Of a DNA stretch of 64,000 nucleotides, positions 1 to 14,190 are shown piece after piece. A model generated the notes under the pieces. The model saw only the letters and a program-made list of their open reading frames with translations. It was not told the DNA's origin and did no database searches. Every line of letters starts with the position of its first letter. The stretch's first letter is position 1. The stretch comes from Stegostoma tigrinum (lineage: Eukaryota). Location: NCBI RefSeq assembly GCF_030684315.1, contig NC_081362.1, forward strand, positions 96,579,187-96,643,186. The letters are read 5' to 3'. A program made the translations under genes and the position numbers.

Positions 1-1752
1 CAGGCAGGGCTGCCCACTCTCTCCTGCCTTGTTCGTGTGCTGTGTGGAGCCCTTCGCCGCATCCATCAGGAAGGACGTGAGCCTGAAGGGCGTGACTATC
101 CCAGGGAGCGGAGTCCTTCAGGTCAAGTCCTCCATGTACATGGACGACATTGCCGTCTTCTGCACGGATCGTCGGTCGGTCAGTAGGCTGTTGGACACCT
201 GCGGTCAGTTTGAACTGGCCTCGGGTGCCAAAGTCAATAGGGGTAAGAGCGAGGTCATGTTCTTCGGGAACTGGGACGACCACTCCTTCATCTCCTTCAC
301 CGTCAGGACAGACTACCTGAAGGTGCTGGGTGTTTGGTTCGGTGGAGCTGGGGCGTGCGCTAAGACTAGGGAGGAGCGTATCACCAAACTGAAGCAGAAG
401 CTGGGCAGGTGGACGCTCCAGTCCCTCAACATCGCGGGTAAGAACCTGGTTGTCAGGTCCGAGGGGCTTTCGGTACTGTTGTATGTGGCGCAGGTTTGGC
501 CTATTCCCTAGACCTGCGCCGCTGTGGTCACTCGGGCCATCTTCCACTTTATTTGGGGGTCGAGGATGGGCCGGGTCCACAGGGACACCATGTACAAAGA
601 CCTGGAAAACTGGGGAAAGGGCGTACCGAGCGCCACCCTCGCTCTGACAGCTACCTTTGTGTGCGGCTGCATCGAGCTGTGCATAGATCCTCAGTACGCA
701 AACACCAAGTGTCACTACTTACTGAGGTTCTACCTGTCCCCGGTGTTGCGAAGGATGGGCCTGGCCTCGTTGCCGCGGAACACTCCGAGTAGTTGGACCG
801 TCCCGTACCACCTGTCCTTCGTGGAGAAATTTTTGAAAGGAAACACCTTTGACCACAAGGCCGTCAGGCAGTGGTCAGCACATAGTATCCTCGAGACCCT
901 TCAGGAAAAGGAGAGGGTGGATCCCGTCCTGTGGTTCCCCACGCAGACTGCCAAAGTCGTTTGGCAGACTGCCTCATTGTCAGAACTTTCAAACAAGCAC
1001 AAGGACGTTGCTTGGCTGGCGGTGAGAGGGGCTCTGCCAGTGAGATCCTTTATGCATGCCCGGAATCTCTGCGCCACCGCACACTGCCCTCAAGGCGGCT
1101 GCGGGGGGGGTGGGGGACGAGACTGTCGATCACCTCCGAATGGAGTGTGCCGATGCACAGGAGATCTGGAGGGGGATGCAGTGGTATTTGTCGAGGTTTG
1201 TCCCAAGCAGCTTCGTGACACGGGACTCCGTGCTCTACGGGCTGTTTCCCGGGACGCACACCGAGACCAACATCAACTGCCCCTGGAAGACCATCAATGT
1301 GGTGAAAGACGCTCTTTGGTCTGCCCACAACTTGCTGGTCTGCCAGCTGAAAGAACTGACCCCGACCGAGTGTTGCAGACTGGCGCACTCCAAGGTCCAG
1401 GACTACACGCTGAGGGACGCGCTAACTCTTGGGGCAGCCGCCGCCAAGGCGCGGTGGGGAAAGACCACCATATGAAACCCCTCGTCCAGAATAGAAATAA
1501 TAGCCCTATCTGGTAACTGGGCCCAGCTGGTGTCTTCCCCACCTGGTCAGGGGGCCAATGGGGACTGTGCGGGGAGACGCCTGCCGGGGTATTTTCTTTG
1601 CTTTGTTTTTTTTCTTCTTTGTTTTGTTTTTTCCTTTAGTTGGTGTACGTACCCCCTGGGTAACCCGGAGCGGCTTGCATGACTGGGTAGGTGTATAAAT
1701 GTTTTATTTTTTGTACATTCTATGAATAAAGCATATTTTTTCAAATTAAAAA
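1..1752 (+). mobile_element. Tx1-clade (L1-like) non-LTR retrotransposon, 3' part of ORF2 plus 3' UTR, inactivated
   Basis: RT motif YMDD, ASGAKVNRGKS, C-terminal Cys/His zinc motif (C..C...ETVDHL..EC); in-frame TAG at 509-511 and a frameshift in the G-run near 1103-1115; AATAAA ~1725 and A-rich tail. Confidence 0.85.
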
Positions 1753-4069
1753 AATGGTGACGAAATGTCTGAAAATGAACCTTCCAGCTCAGCGAGCAAA
1801 CTTACACCCAGAACCTCAACCTGAGCTACAAATCTTCTCAAAACCCGTTATTATGTGCTCTGATAATTATCCAATCTACTTTAAAGGCGTCACAAGGTGG
1901 AGGAGCAGTTCACATTTTCTCACATCTTGCAATCCCAAAGCTGATTTTAAACGAGTGTGTGGGCATAGACATTTAAGAACTGCAAGGACACTCGAGATAT
2001 TAGAAGGAAAGACTGCTTTTATAAATTTGTATGTGTGTCTATCTTGCATTTCACAATAATAAACCACCTCTCATGGTAAATCATGTCTCATTATCAGTGT
2101 AAAATGAAACCCACTAAGTAAACAAGTAAATCAGATCATATGTAAAGAAAACATATCGTTCACATAGAGGATAAACCCTTTCTGGCCTCCCCTGTGAGCC
2201 AGCTGTCCCCGACTAGCTATACCACATTCAATGGAATTAGACAATGTTGCAGTCCTAAGGGTAGGTGCTAAGGCAATGCACAGGTTTTGTCATGTATGAA
2301 ATGTAAACTATTTAACTGGATCAAATTATTACCAAATCCCTGGTTTATGTTGTCTTTTATGAATTGCAGTTGAGATGATATTGTGACTGTCAGTAACTGA
2401 GGGAGGATAATGTAGGAGCTGTTGAAATTTCAGATTTATATTAAAGTGAAACAGAGTCAGGTTGGGCGCTGGTGGATGGATTGCCAGGAATATGGATGTC
2501 GCTGCTGTTATCCCCCTTTTCCCTTCCTCCTGAGGTGTTTCTGGCATCCCTGATGCCAAGCACTGTTCCATCTTTGGGCGCAGTATGTAGGGGCCCATCA
2601 CATTTCAAGAAGCCCCTCCTTGAGAGTCCAGAGCACCTCCTCCAGCACCGTCTAAGCAACAGTACTATCGCGAGGTTCAACACCTCAGCCACATTGTCGG
2701 TATTTCTCAGGGTGGCGCATGGCTGTCCCTGCTCGCGGACTGGCCACGCCTGCTTGACTTGTGAAGGGAAACATTGAACCAGACAGCAGGTAGTTCCAGC
2801 GGCCCTGGCCCAGAGGACTTGTTCAGAATCAATATACTGGGACAGTGGGCATTCGCCAGACTGTGGGTGATGCTCACTCAACGGCCCTTGAGGTAGCTGT
2901 GAGCTTTGTGATGGGGTTACAGTTGGTGTAATGATGTGGCACGTGGCCGGCCAGGTGTGTGCAGTCCTTCATGGCAGAGGGAGGGTGGTTCTGACAATAC
3001 CACATGTACACTTTGTCTGTGCTCTCGGAGAATAGGGGAGACCCCACTGTCTGGGGATACAGCATGTGTCACCTCACTGATACAGCAGTGGGCAGTGAAC
3101 TGGATCAATGAGATTGGATGTATGTTTCAGTTTTTCGGAACTCAGGGTCACTGTCATTTTCTCAGCCACTGTCAGGACTACCCTATCCTGCCTGAGATTG
3201 TAAGTCTGGACTCAAGATGTGTACAGCTCTCTGAGTGATTCCCATAGCAATCCCAAAGGCTGCACACACAGTCCCTGGCTACACTGGGATAAGAAACATG
3301 CTTGCTGAATGGCCAGAATGGAGATATAGGTTCCTACAGGGTCCCCTCTCTCCGAACCTTTCCCTCACCTCTATCTCCCTGTCTGTCTCTGAGTTCTGAG
3401 CAGATTCTCTTCCTCTTCACCCTCTCTCCTATTCTGAGGGAAGATGATGCCTACTATCAATGGGTAAGTGGTAAGTCAGTTCAAAGGGCCTGCTCTCAAA
3501 ACCAATACTTGTTCCCCTTCCTGCCAACTGTGTCAAGCTCCTGAAACCGTACAGTATTTCCACAAACCCAGAACGAGCAGCAAACAGGCAGCAGAACATG
3601 CAAAATTTGCTCATGACCCAATAAAATACCATTGGGATTAAGTAGGAGTGGGAGAGGGGTGGCTCATGTTGTTGAATCATGTCTGACTGTGTCTTCTGTT
3701 TCACTCCTGTTAAGTAAGGAAGAAAAATGGCAGCTTTGGCTTCAATTAACAACAGGAGGAGGTGTGAGTGTTGTGGCACTGTCACTGGACTCGTGATGTA
3801 GATGAAATGCTGTCATGGCATGAGTTCAAACTCCACCATGGCACATGGTGGAATTTAAATTCAATAAATCATCAGGAATTAAAAGTCAAAAGAGGCCTAC
3901 CTTGACACTGGGAGCAATTAATTGAATTTTCCAACTAAGTTCCAGGAGTCAGATAAGATTCTCACTATTAAGCAGCAAGATGCCCATTAATGGTTTCACT
4001 TTATTTATTTTTCCTGGCAGAGCACAGAATGGCATTGAGTTCTTGTTGCATTGCTAAGTATTCCTCCAG

Positions 4070-5195
4070 ACAGTTGACATCAATTCCACATTCGACCAAG
4101 TGTGGCATCAAGGAACCCTTGCAAAACTAACCTCAGTCATATCAGGAGGCAAACACTCTGCTGGCTGGAGTCAAACCCGACGTGTTGGAATGTGGGCGTG
4201 GTTGTTGGAAATCAGTCACCTCAGCTCCAGGACATCTGTGCAGGAGTTCCTCAAGGTAGTGTCACAGGGACAACCATCTTCAGCTGCTTCGTTGTTGACC
4301 TTCCCTCCATCATAAGGTCAGGAGTAGGGATGTTTGTCAATGATTGCGCAATGTTCAGCACCATTTGCGACTCTTCAGAAACTGAAGCAGCCCATGCTCA
4401 CATGTTACAAGATCTGGACAATATCCAGACTTGAGCTGACATGGACAAATAACAACCATGCAAATATCAGGTAATGACCATCACTGCTAAGAGATAATCT
4501 AACCACCACCCTTAACATTCAGTGGAGTCACAAAAACTGAACACCCCTCCCTTAGCGTCCTGGGGGTCACCATTGACCAGAAACTCAACCGGACTCACTA
4601 CTTAGGCATTGTGGCTACAAGAGCTGGTCAGATACTAGGAATACTGAAAACAGTAACCACCTTCTCACTCACAAAAGCCTGTCCAACATCTACAAGGCAC
4701 AATTCAGGATATCCCCCACTTGCCTGGATGGGTGCAGCTCCAACAACACTCAAGAAGCTCAACATCGTGCAGGGCAAAGCAGCCTTCTTGATTGGCACCA
4801 AGTCCGCGTCTACTCCCTCCACCACCAATGTCCAGGAACAACAGTGTGTACTATCTACAAGATGCACTGCAGAAATTCAGCAAAGATCCTCAGACATCAC
4901 TTTCCAAACCTACAACCACTTCCATCTAGAAGGGCAAGGGCATCAGATACATGGGAATACGACCGCCTACAGGTTTCTTTTGCTGCCCTGACTTGGAAAT
5001 ATAACTCTGTCCCTTCAGTGTTGCTGAGTCAAATCATGGAAGTTCCTCCCTGAGAGCACTGTGGATCAATCTGCAACACATGAATTGCAACGGTTCAAGA
5101 AGGCAACTCACCACCACCTTCTCAAATGGCAGCTAGGGAAGGGCAACAAATATTGGCCAGCCGAAGATGTCCATATCGTACCAATGAATAAAAAT
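4070..5195 (+). mobile_element. Degenerate LINE (CR1/L2 group) 3' fragment
   Basis: RT remnants GVPQGSV.G and FVND(=FADD); 3' tail ccaccaccttctcaa...gggcaacaaatattggcc, shared with the SINE at 63640. Confidence 0.75.
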
Positions 5196-5315
5196 CTTAA
5201 GGGATTACAGAGATATTAAGTGTAAAAAGTATTGAAGGGCTTGATCAGCTATGATTGAATTATTTGGTTGGGAGAGGCTCAACGGGCTGAATGGTCTACA
5301 CCTGTTCCTGTGGAA

Positions 5316-5581
5316 GCACAGTGGCACAGTGATTAGTGCTACCACCAAACTACACCAGGGGCCTGCGTTCAATTCTGGCCTTGGGTGACAGCACAGAGTT
5401 TGCGCATTCTCCCTGTGTTTGCGTGTGTTTCCTGCCACAGTCCAAAGATGTGCAGGTCAGGTGGATTAACTTTGCTAAACTGAACATAGTGTCTATGCAG
5501 GGGGGTGTCTCTGGGTGGAATGCTCTTTGGAGGGTTGGTGTGCACTGAATGGCCTGCTTCCACACTGTAGGGGTTCTATGA
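5316..5581 (+). mobile_element. HE1-like V-SINE
   Basis: tRNA-like head (gtggcacagtgattagtgct...gttcaatt), central gagtttgc...cagtccaaagatgtgcagg, CR1-type tail ggcctgcttccacactgtagggttctatg. Confidence 0.75.
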
Positions 5582-6649
5582 AAGCAAAATTACAGCTGTT
5601 TTGATGGAGGTGAACTCTACAGCTGCATAATTTGAAGACGTTCATATAATTGCCAAAGAGATTTTTTAATGGAGAGCACATGTGAAGGATGGTGAGTGCT
5701 GTGGCCCCCATGGACTCGTGTAGAATGTGGTTACTGTATAACTCATTGTATGTTTAAGAGTGGCACGTTGGGCAGTTAGGTAGCTTGGATGGCTGGTTTA
5801 CAATGTAGAGAGATGCCAACAATGTGGATTTAGCTCTTGAACTGGTTTGAGGTCACTATGGAGGTCCTGTCTTTGATCAAGGGGAACTCTCGGACCGAAA
5901 TACAACCAATTATCTCTCTCCAATGAGACAGTAGGATTCTAGCAACTTTACCTTCAATGTCAACAATGTGACTGCTGTAAATGTGCAATCCTGCTGAGAT
6001 AACTTTAGATCGGGTAATGCAACTACATTATTCTTTCATTATTCTTTGCAAGGCGATGTACTATAGCTGTGTGATTTATATATGTTTACTTTTATTTATT
6101 TGTATCTTTTGTTCCCCCCATGGCTCCTGGGTTTATGGAGCGGCCCCTGATGCTACCAAAGCAAGAATTTCCGGACCAGATACACCATACTGCCACTGCT
6201 GAAGCCAAATGGAAGCCACTGCAACACTGACATAACAAGGAGGGACAGACCAGTCCCACCAAGTCACCAACACTCAAGCCGTCACTCAAACCAGCACCAC
6301 TTCAGTCACTGCCCAAAGCCACAATAGCCACAGGGAATGAACCAGGCACATCATGCTGCCACAGCTACAGTCACCGCTAACTGCCTCACCACTGCCAGGA
6401 GGAACAGACCAGACCCACTGACAATGAAGCCTTTGATAAAACCATGGCCCTTATGGCCACAGGGAAAGGACACTGGGTTCACACGCGGCTGCTGCTGTAG
6501 GCCCTCGCAACCAACTTCCTCCACCATAGTGACAGAAGAAGAAGTGAAGGTGAGTATTGATACAAACGAGAAATGAAGAAACAAAACAAAACATAAAGCA
6601 AAGAAGATAGTGGCCACCAAGTGAGCAGGGCTGTACAGGCTGAGAGCTG

Positions 6650-7460
6650 GGACACTTGCTGCCCTGCAGGCGATGCCATCTTGATATGTTTCCTACAAGA
6701 GAAACCGTTGTGCACAAAGCACAGAAAGTTAACACTCAGGGGCAGTAGATAATCAGGAAGTCTAATGAAGCGAGTTGGAGTATAAGAGTAGAGAAGTCCT
6801 AAAACTTTACAAGTTGTGGGTGAAACTGTATGTGCAGTACTGTGAGCAGTTCTGGTTCCATTATTAAAGAAAATATAGCATTTCATTAGAAGCAATTCAG
6901 AGAAGGTTCACCAGGATGTTCCCTGGTGTGGACGGATTATCATATACGCAAAGGCTAAACAGGTTGACGTTCTACTCACTGGAGTTTAGAAGAACGAGAG
7001 GTGATCTCATTGAAACATACAGGATTCTTAATTGGCTTGATAAGGCAAAGGTTGAAAGAATGCTTCCCCTCATGGGACAAATTCAGAAATCACCCGAAAC
7101 CAGATTACAGTCGATCAGGTTTATTTGAAAAGACAAGCTTTCAGTACCGCATGGGAGAGTCTAGGATCAGAGGCAACAGTTTCAATATAAAGGGACCATC
7201 AATTTAAAAATGAGATGAGGAGGAATTTCCTCCCTCACAGGGTTTTGAATCTTTGGAACTCCTTGCCACAGAACTTGTGGAAATAGAGTCTTTGAGCATA
7301 TTTAAGGCTGAGATAGAGAGAGAAATGAAATTATTCGAAGAATAGTGGATGATGGGGAAAGGTTAGCAGAAGTGGACTTGAGGAATGTTGATCAGTCACA
7401 ATTCTATTGCAACAGGTTCAATGGATGAAAATCCTGCTCCTATTTCTTATAGTTTTACTA
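6650..7460 (+). mobile_element. CR1 LINE 3' fragment
   Basis: Remnant RFTRMFPG...YSLEFRRTRGDLIETY, typical of the CR1 ORF2 C-terminus. Confidence 0.75.
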
Positions 7461-7789
7461 CAGTTCAGTTGATGTGGAAGGGATGGTTCCTCTCACTGAT
7501 AGGGTGAGCCTTGGGTGTCATGGCTCCCATTCAAGGTATGGCTAATCTGGAGGATATGATTTCATGAGATAAGGTTAATGTGAGGGACATGCTTCTGACA
7601 CAAGATAGGGTTAATTTGGGGGTGAGGTTCTGATAGGAGATAGGGTTATTGTTTGGGATATGAATGAACCCAGTATGAACACCATTTTGCTGCTGGTACT
7701 GTGCCTGTAATGCTGAAATTACTCACTATACAGCTGCAACTCACACCTCAGAAGATCACTTCATTCCAGAGAGATGGTGAGGAAAACAG

Positions 7790-9960
7790 GTTGCATGGTG
7801 TCTGAGATTGGAATGAAGTCAGCCAGATGGATCTTTGAGATCCCTGATTGGGACTGTTGATCTTGTCCAATCAGCGAGTCCTGTTTATATCTGTCATCCA
7901 CGAGTGTTAGGGGTTCTCAAAGCCAGCTCTGTGCCAGCCTAGTCTGTGTCATGTATTATATATATGTAAACAATTCCTCAGTTTTGAGGAATGGTCACCG
8001 GACCCGACACGTTAACTTTGTTTTCTACTCCACAGATGCTGCCAGGGCTGCTGAGTTTTTCTAGCAACTTTGTTTTTGTTCCAAGTTGCCATTTACCTGG
8101 ATCATGTGCTAATAAAAAGGAAAGCCAATAAAAATCAATCGGAGAACTTGGACATGGTGTGAAAACATTTCTCCAAGGCAGTAAAAATGAGTGTTCCAGG
8201 CAGTCCAAGTGACCTACCGTTCCAGTACCTGGAATACCAACAAGGACAAAACGTACTTGACCGTGATGCCCATAGCTTCAGGTCAAACTCAGCGGTGGGC
8301 CCTTATTCTAAATGAATTTAATGACAAGTTGGAACACCATCCAGAGGGCCAAGTGGCAAATGTGGATGCATTGAGCCGCCTCCCACTGGCAGATACAACA
8401 CCGGTGATACCACCACTAGAAGACTCCATTCTGGCTTTAAATATACTGGACAGCCTTCCAGTCACTCCTGATAATATCAGACTGTGGGCACAAAAAGATC
8501 CCATCCTGGCAAAACTAAAACATCTTGAGAAAAATAGTGGGTATCACAGCCAGAATTGAAACCTTTCTGGACCCAGTGGGACCTGATCACCGGAGAGGAT
8601 GGCATATAATTATGGGGAGCAAGAGTGATTGTCCCCAGCAAATATCACCATGAGATACTGGCTGAACATTTCCATGGTCATTCAGGTTTCCAAAATGAAG
8701 ATATTGGCAAGAAGTCACGTCTGGTGACCAGGATTGGATGCCAACATAGTCGCATTTGTAGTGCAGTGCCTGGAATGCCAAAAAGGACAAAACATACCAC
8801 CAGCAGCTCCCCCACATTCGAGGGAATAACTAGGTAAATCCTGAACTTGGTTGCATTTCGTCTGTGCCAGTCCTTTCATGGGCTCTGTGTTTTCATTCAT
8901 TTTGTGGACGCCCAGTCAGTGGTTGGATGTGCATAGAGTTCATTTGTCAAACAGGTGGACAACAATTGAAAAGTTGTGAATTTCTGGCATAATGCAAATA
9001 TGTGCAGAGGTGTTGGCCACAGATAGTGGGCCATCATTTACCAGCAGGGAATTCATTTGGCATGCAAGGGCATCTTTATAAGTTCCATTGTCCAATGATC
9101 CAGTGAAAAGATCAGTCCAAACTTTGAAGGCAGCCTTAAAGAAATAGCTCATAACTTCATTCTCTATGGAACTGTCCTGGTTCCTGTTTGAGTATAGGAC
9201 CAATGCTCATGCAACTTCAATGACAGCTGCACAGTGTTGTCGGTGTCGAGAAGACTCCTAGGGAGGAGAGGGAAACTGCGTTTGAGAAAAGAGTCCTCTC
9301 AGCGAGAGAGGCAGTTTACTGCAGGGGATGAAGTTCAGTGCCAAAGCCATGGGAATGGGCCTGCATGGGTAAGAGGCATGGTTGACACCATGTCAGATCC
9401 TGTGACATACAAAGTTAAGGTAGGTGAAGTGGTCCTGAACAGGCACATGGACCACAGGAAATCTGAAACCTCACAAACTTGGCAGGAACAAAATATACCC
9501 GGCCCCTCAGAATTTCCGCATGGCTGTCAGAATCCGTGGGTTCTCCCTTGCTATGTAGCTTTGAAGAAATTTCTGAGGAGAGATATACACAGCCGTTGTT
9601 ACAGCCTCGACACCATTACTGCTTAAAGAAGATGAGATTTGGCCAAGATGATCTGGTTGCAAAAGATCGGCTACAGACCAGTGCACACCACCACTATCTG
9701 AGGCAGGGAAGGAGGAACTGGAGCTGGTGTAAAAATGCTTCAGGAAAAGCGAAGGAAAGAGAATAGGCCGATGTCATAGGACTTGCACGGAGAGGGATGT
9801 AATGATTGGAATATGATCAGCCATTGGATATATAGGCTGTTAATCTGGTCCAATCAAGAAGTCTTGGCTGACAGATATAAACAGGAGTGGCAGGGATTCT
9901 CCTGGAGACTAAGTTGATAAACAAAACACAAACCTGAATTGCTTTGACTGCCAGTGCCGC
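7790..9960 (+). mobile_element. Degenerate Gypsy LTR retrotransposon (RNase H end, integrase, PPT, LTR remnants)
   Basis: QRWALIL...NVDALSRLP, integrase HHCC and core remnants at 8600-9200; polypurine tract ggagaggga before TGT at ~9798; similar LTR-like sequence at ~7790-7975 and ~9798-9960. Confidence 0.7.
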
Positions 9961-10719
9961 AGAAACCTGACATCGTCCTGCCAGGCTCATGATCCTGCGA
10001 GTTTACTAAAAGTTTCAGTGTGGATAAGAATTCAGGATGGATGCACCACAATGCCTGGTCACTGGTTAAAATCATAGAATTCTCACATCTCAGTTTGCTG
10101 GATCTATCTGATGGAGATTGGAATATAGACAAAGATAAACAAGATCTATGTTCAGGGCTCATTCCAGTTTAGAACAAAAACAGGGTCTGCTGGAGAAAAT
10201 CAGCAGGCCTGGCAGTGTCTGAGGAGAGAGAAACCAAGTTGACATTTTGAGTCCAACATGACTTTTCACCATACTGGACTCAAAATATTGTTTCTGTCCA
10301 CAAATACTGTGCCAGATCTGCTGAGTTTCTCTGCAGCTTTTGTTTCCAATTGCCAGCATCCATCCTATTTTACTTGCAAATGATTGTAATTTGCTGTGTT
10401 CTGTGTAGTATTACAATGCAACATGTCTGTCACTTCAGAAAGCTGAATGAAGAAATGGCGACACCTGACTGTGTTTCCTTGTGGGTTGAACCAAAGCAAA
10501 CAATATTCAGGGTGTTGGATTGTTGTGGGCAATTCCTGATGCTGCTGGGCCTGCTGTGTTCATCCAGCTCCACACTTTGTTATCTTGAATTCCTGAACAT
10601 GCACTGAGATACAGTGTGGACACCATTTAGATCCCATGTGGACACTACTTAAAATGAGAGACCATAGTTTAAAGCTAAAGAATAGCAGATTTGAAACAAA
10701 TGAGGAAGACAGAGGTGCA

Positions 10720-13700
10720 GATATGTCATCAGATACTGGAAAGGGGTGAAAAAAGCAGGGTAGCTGTGGTGGGTAACTTCAACTTTCCTTTTATTGACTG
10801 GGACTCCCTTAGAGCCAGGAGCTTGGAACAAGAGTTATTTGTTAGATGTGTCGGGAGGACTTTTTGAAACAATATGTTGGCAATCCAACCAGAGAGGAGG
10901 CCATACAAGACTTGATATTAGGGAATGGGCCACAAAAAGTGATCAATGTTACAGTAGGAGGGCTTAGTAACCATAACTCCATAAGATTTTGAGTAGTCAT
11001 GGACAAGGACATGAGTGGCCCTTGGGTGAGGGTGTTTAATTGGGCAAGGGCCAATCACATCCAAATTAGACAGGAGCTCGGGAATGTGGGTTATGGGCAG
11101 TTATTTTAGGGCAAATCTATGTCTGGCATGTGGATGATTTTAAAGACCAATTGATTTTAGTGTAGGGCATACATGTCCCTGCAAAACTGCAGGATAGCAA
11201 TGTCAGGATTCAGAAACCATGGATGACAAGGGAAATTGCAACCTTAAATGAAAGGAAGAAGGAAGCATACAATAGGCGTAGGCAGCTACAAACTGACAAA
11301 GCCTTTGAGGAGTATAGAGAAATTAGGACGGAACTTATATTCGGAATTAGGAAGGCTGAAAGGTGCTATGACATGTCTTTAGCAAACAGGATCAAGGAAA
11401 ATCCCAAGGCTTCTTATTCATATATTAAAAAAAGAGTGTAGCAAGGGAAAGAGTAGGCCCATTCAAGGACAGAAGGTGGGAAGTCATGTGTGGAGCCACA
11501 GGAATTATGAGAGATCCTTAATGAGTACTTTGTATCAGTATTCATCAAGGAGAAGGACATGGCTGCTGATGCATTAAGCTAGACAAGTCTACAGAGCCAG
11601 AAGGGGTCTATCACAGACTGCAGTAGATGCAAGGGAAGAAATAATTGGGGCATTAGCTGATATCTTCTTTATTCTTTCATGGGGTGAGGGTATAGCTGGC
11701 TAGGCAGCATTTATTGCCCATTCTTAATTGCCCAGAGGGCAGTTAAGAGTCAATGACATTGCTGTGGGTCACATGTGGGCCAGACTGGGTAAGGATGACA
11801 GTTTTCTTCCCTTGAGATGTCATTGGGATAGGATTCTATTGATTTCTATATTCTCAATAAATTAATGCTGTTTATCTGCTTGCACAGAGGTATGTAGACA
11901 CTGCCTTAAAACTTCCTGCCTGAATAGAATTAGGTATAAAACTCTGTAAATCCTTGTCTTCCTACACATAGGTGGAAAGACACTGCCTTAAGCTTCCTGC
12001 CTGAATAGAATTAGGTATTAACTTTGTCAATCTTTATCTTCCTGCAGAGGGATATGTGGAAACTGTCTCAAATAAGATTAGGTGGTCAGCATTTGTCAAG
12101 GTGTGAGACTTCTGAGATCCTCTCAAGAATGTAACTTCCATTTCTGTTAAAGGGGCCAGGTCACTGACTTTTGTTCAAGCCAGACACTTTGGCGGCTTGA
12201 AATTACATTCTGTCACTTCAGCTACTTGAAATCGCCTCCTGCCGTTAGCAGCCACTACATGAATGATCAATACTGTATCCTGCTCTCTTTATGTTTTCAA
12301 TGTAGTGATTGTTTCATAGATCATGCCATTGTGGGATGTAAAATTGCTTTATGTATTATACACTCGATAAAGTATAAAAAGTGGGGGCTGTCCGTTGCTC
12401 AGGGAGAATCGCTTATGAGACTCTGCACTCTGTGTTGGGTTGAATACAGTAATCCTCCACAGCTTGTAATTGATTGTAATAAAGGATTTGTGTTTTTCTA
12501 TACAGGTCAGTGTCTTGTCAATGCATCAAGTCTGTGAGGGTCTCTGAAAACAAGCCTAAGACCCTGAAGCACATTAGTGAACTAGATGGGTTTCTCCATC
12601 AATTGACAATGGATTCACGGTCATTGTTAGACTCTTAATTCCAGATTTTGTTTTTAATTCAAATTCTGCCATCTACTGAGGTGGGATTTGAACCCGGATC
12701 CTCAAAACATTCATCCAGCTCCACACTTTGTTATCCTCCTCAAAACATTATCTGCGTTCTTGGATTAACATATCAGTTACCACTAGACCATGGCCTTCAC
12801 CTCATCTTCATATCCTCTTTGACCACAGACAAGGTTCCAGAGGATTGGAGATTAGCCAATGTCATTTCATTGTTTAAGAAAGGAAGCAATGATAATCCAG
12901 GAAATTATAGGCTGGTGAACCTAGCATTTGAGTTGGGGAAAGCTCTTGGAGTAGATACTGAGGGACAAGATATATGGACATTTGGAAGAAAATGGGCGAA
13001 TTAGCAAGAGCGGCATGGTTTTGTATGGGTAAGTTCATGTTTCACCAATCTGTTGGGATGCAGTTTGTATGGACTTTAGTGAGGCGTTTGATTGACGTCC
13101 CAAGTGGCAGGTTGGTACAAAAACTGAAATCACATGAAATTTGGGGTGGGCCTGCTAGATGAATGCAAATCTGGCTTGGTCATTGAAAACAGAAGGTAAT
13201 AGTGGAAGGGTGCTTTTCAGAAAGGAGGCTGATAACTAACGTTCTGCACAGTTCAGTCTTACGTCCTCTGTTGTAGAGTACATAAATGATCCGGAGGAAA
13301 ATGTGGGTGGTCTGATTAAGGAAGTTAGAAGATGACATGAAGGTTGGTGGTGTAGCTGATAGTGCTGTTGATTGTAAAAGGATATAACAGGATATAAATA
13401 GATTGGCGAAGTGAGCACAGAAATGGAGGATGGAGTTTAATCCAGAGAAATGCGAAGTGACACATTTTGGAGGATCAAATTTACGTCTGAATTATACAGT
13501 AAAAGACAGAACGCTTAGTGACATTAGCAAACAGATGCATGCAGGTCCACAGTTATCTAAAAGTGACCAAAGTGATTCAGAAGGCATATGGCATGCTCAC
13601 CTTCATTGGTCAGGGCATGAAGTACAAGAGCTGGCAAACCATGTTGCAGCTGCTACATTTGGAGTATTGTGTGCAATTTTGGTCACCACATTACCAGAAG

Positions 13701-14190
13701 AATATGGAAGCTTTGGACAGAGCACAGAGAAAGTTCACCAGGATGTTGCCTGGTCTCTAGTGTTTGACAATGAGGGAAACTTAAAAAGACGAGGATTGTT
13801 TTCACTGGAAAGATGACGACAGAGGGGAGGCCTGATAGAGGTCTACAAAATTGCGGAGCATGGATAGGATGGATAGTCAGAGGCTTTTTCCCAGAGCTGG
13901 AGTTTCAGTTACAAGGGGGCACAGCTTCAAAGTTAGAGAGAGAAGGTTAAGCGAGATGTGTGAGTGAGGTTTTTCATGCCAAAAGTGGTAGGAGCTTGGG
14001 ATGCACTGCCAGAAGAGGTGCTGGAAGCAGGCATGTTGGAGACATTTAAGAGGTGTTTGGATGGTTACATGGGGAGGGAGGGAATAGAGGGAATCAGACT
14101 GAATAAGGGCAGATAGTTTGTTTTTATAGTTGTGTGAGGCATGATGAACAGCACAGGCTTGGAGGGCCTGTTCCTGTGCTGTACTTCTCC
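10720..14190 (+). mobile_element. Old CR1 LINE interrupted by a SINE that is itself interrupted by a solo LTR
   Basis: Endonuclease/RT remnants (GNFNFP.IDW, KENPKA, VPEDWRLANV, MEFNPEKCEV, HLEYCVQFWSP) collinear across the insert at ~11670-12800. Confidence 0.75.
11813..12561 (+). mobile_element. Solo LTR
   Basis: Starts with TG, flanked by a CCCT duplication (11809-11812 / 12562-12565), splits a SINE; internal ~80-bp tandem duplication, TATAAAAA and AATAAA. Confidence 0.6.

Noticed and set aside
2329-3544. Several overlapping 60-146 aa ORFs in unique-looking sequence
   Set aside because: No recognisable domain or coherent exon structure; possibly a decayed DNA transposon, but I cannot support a call.
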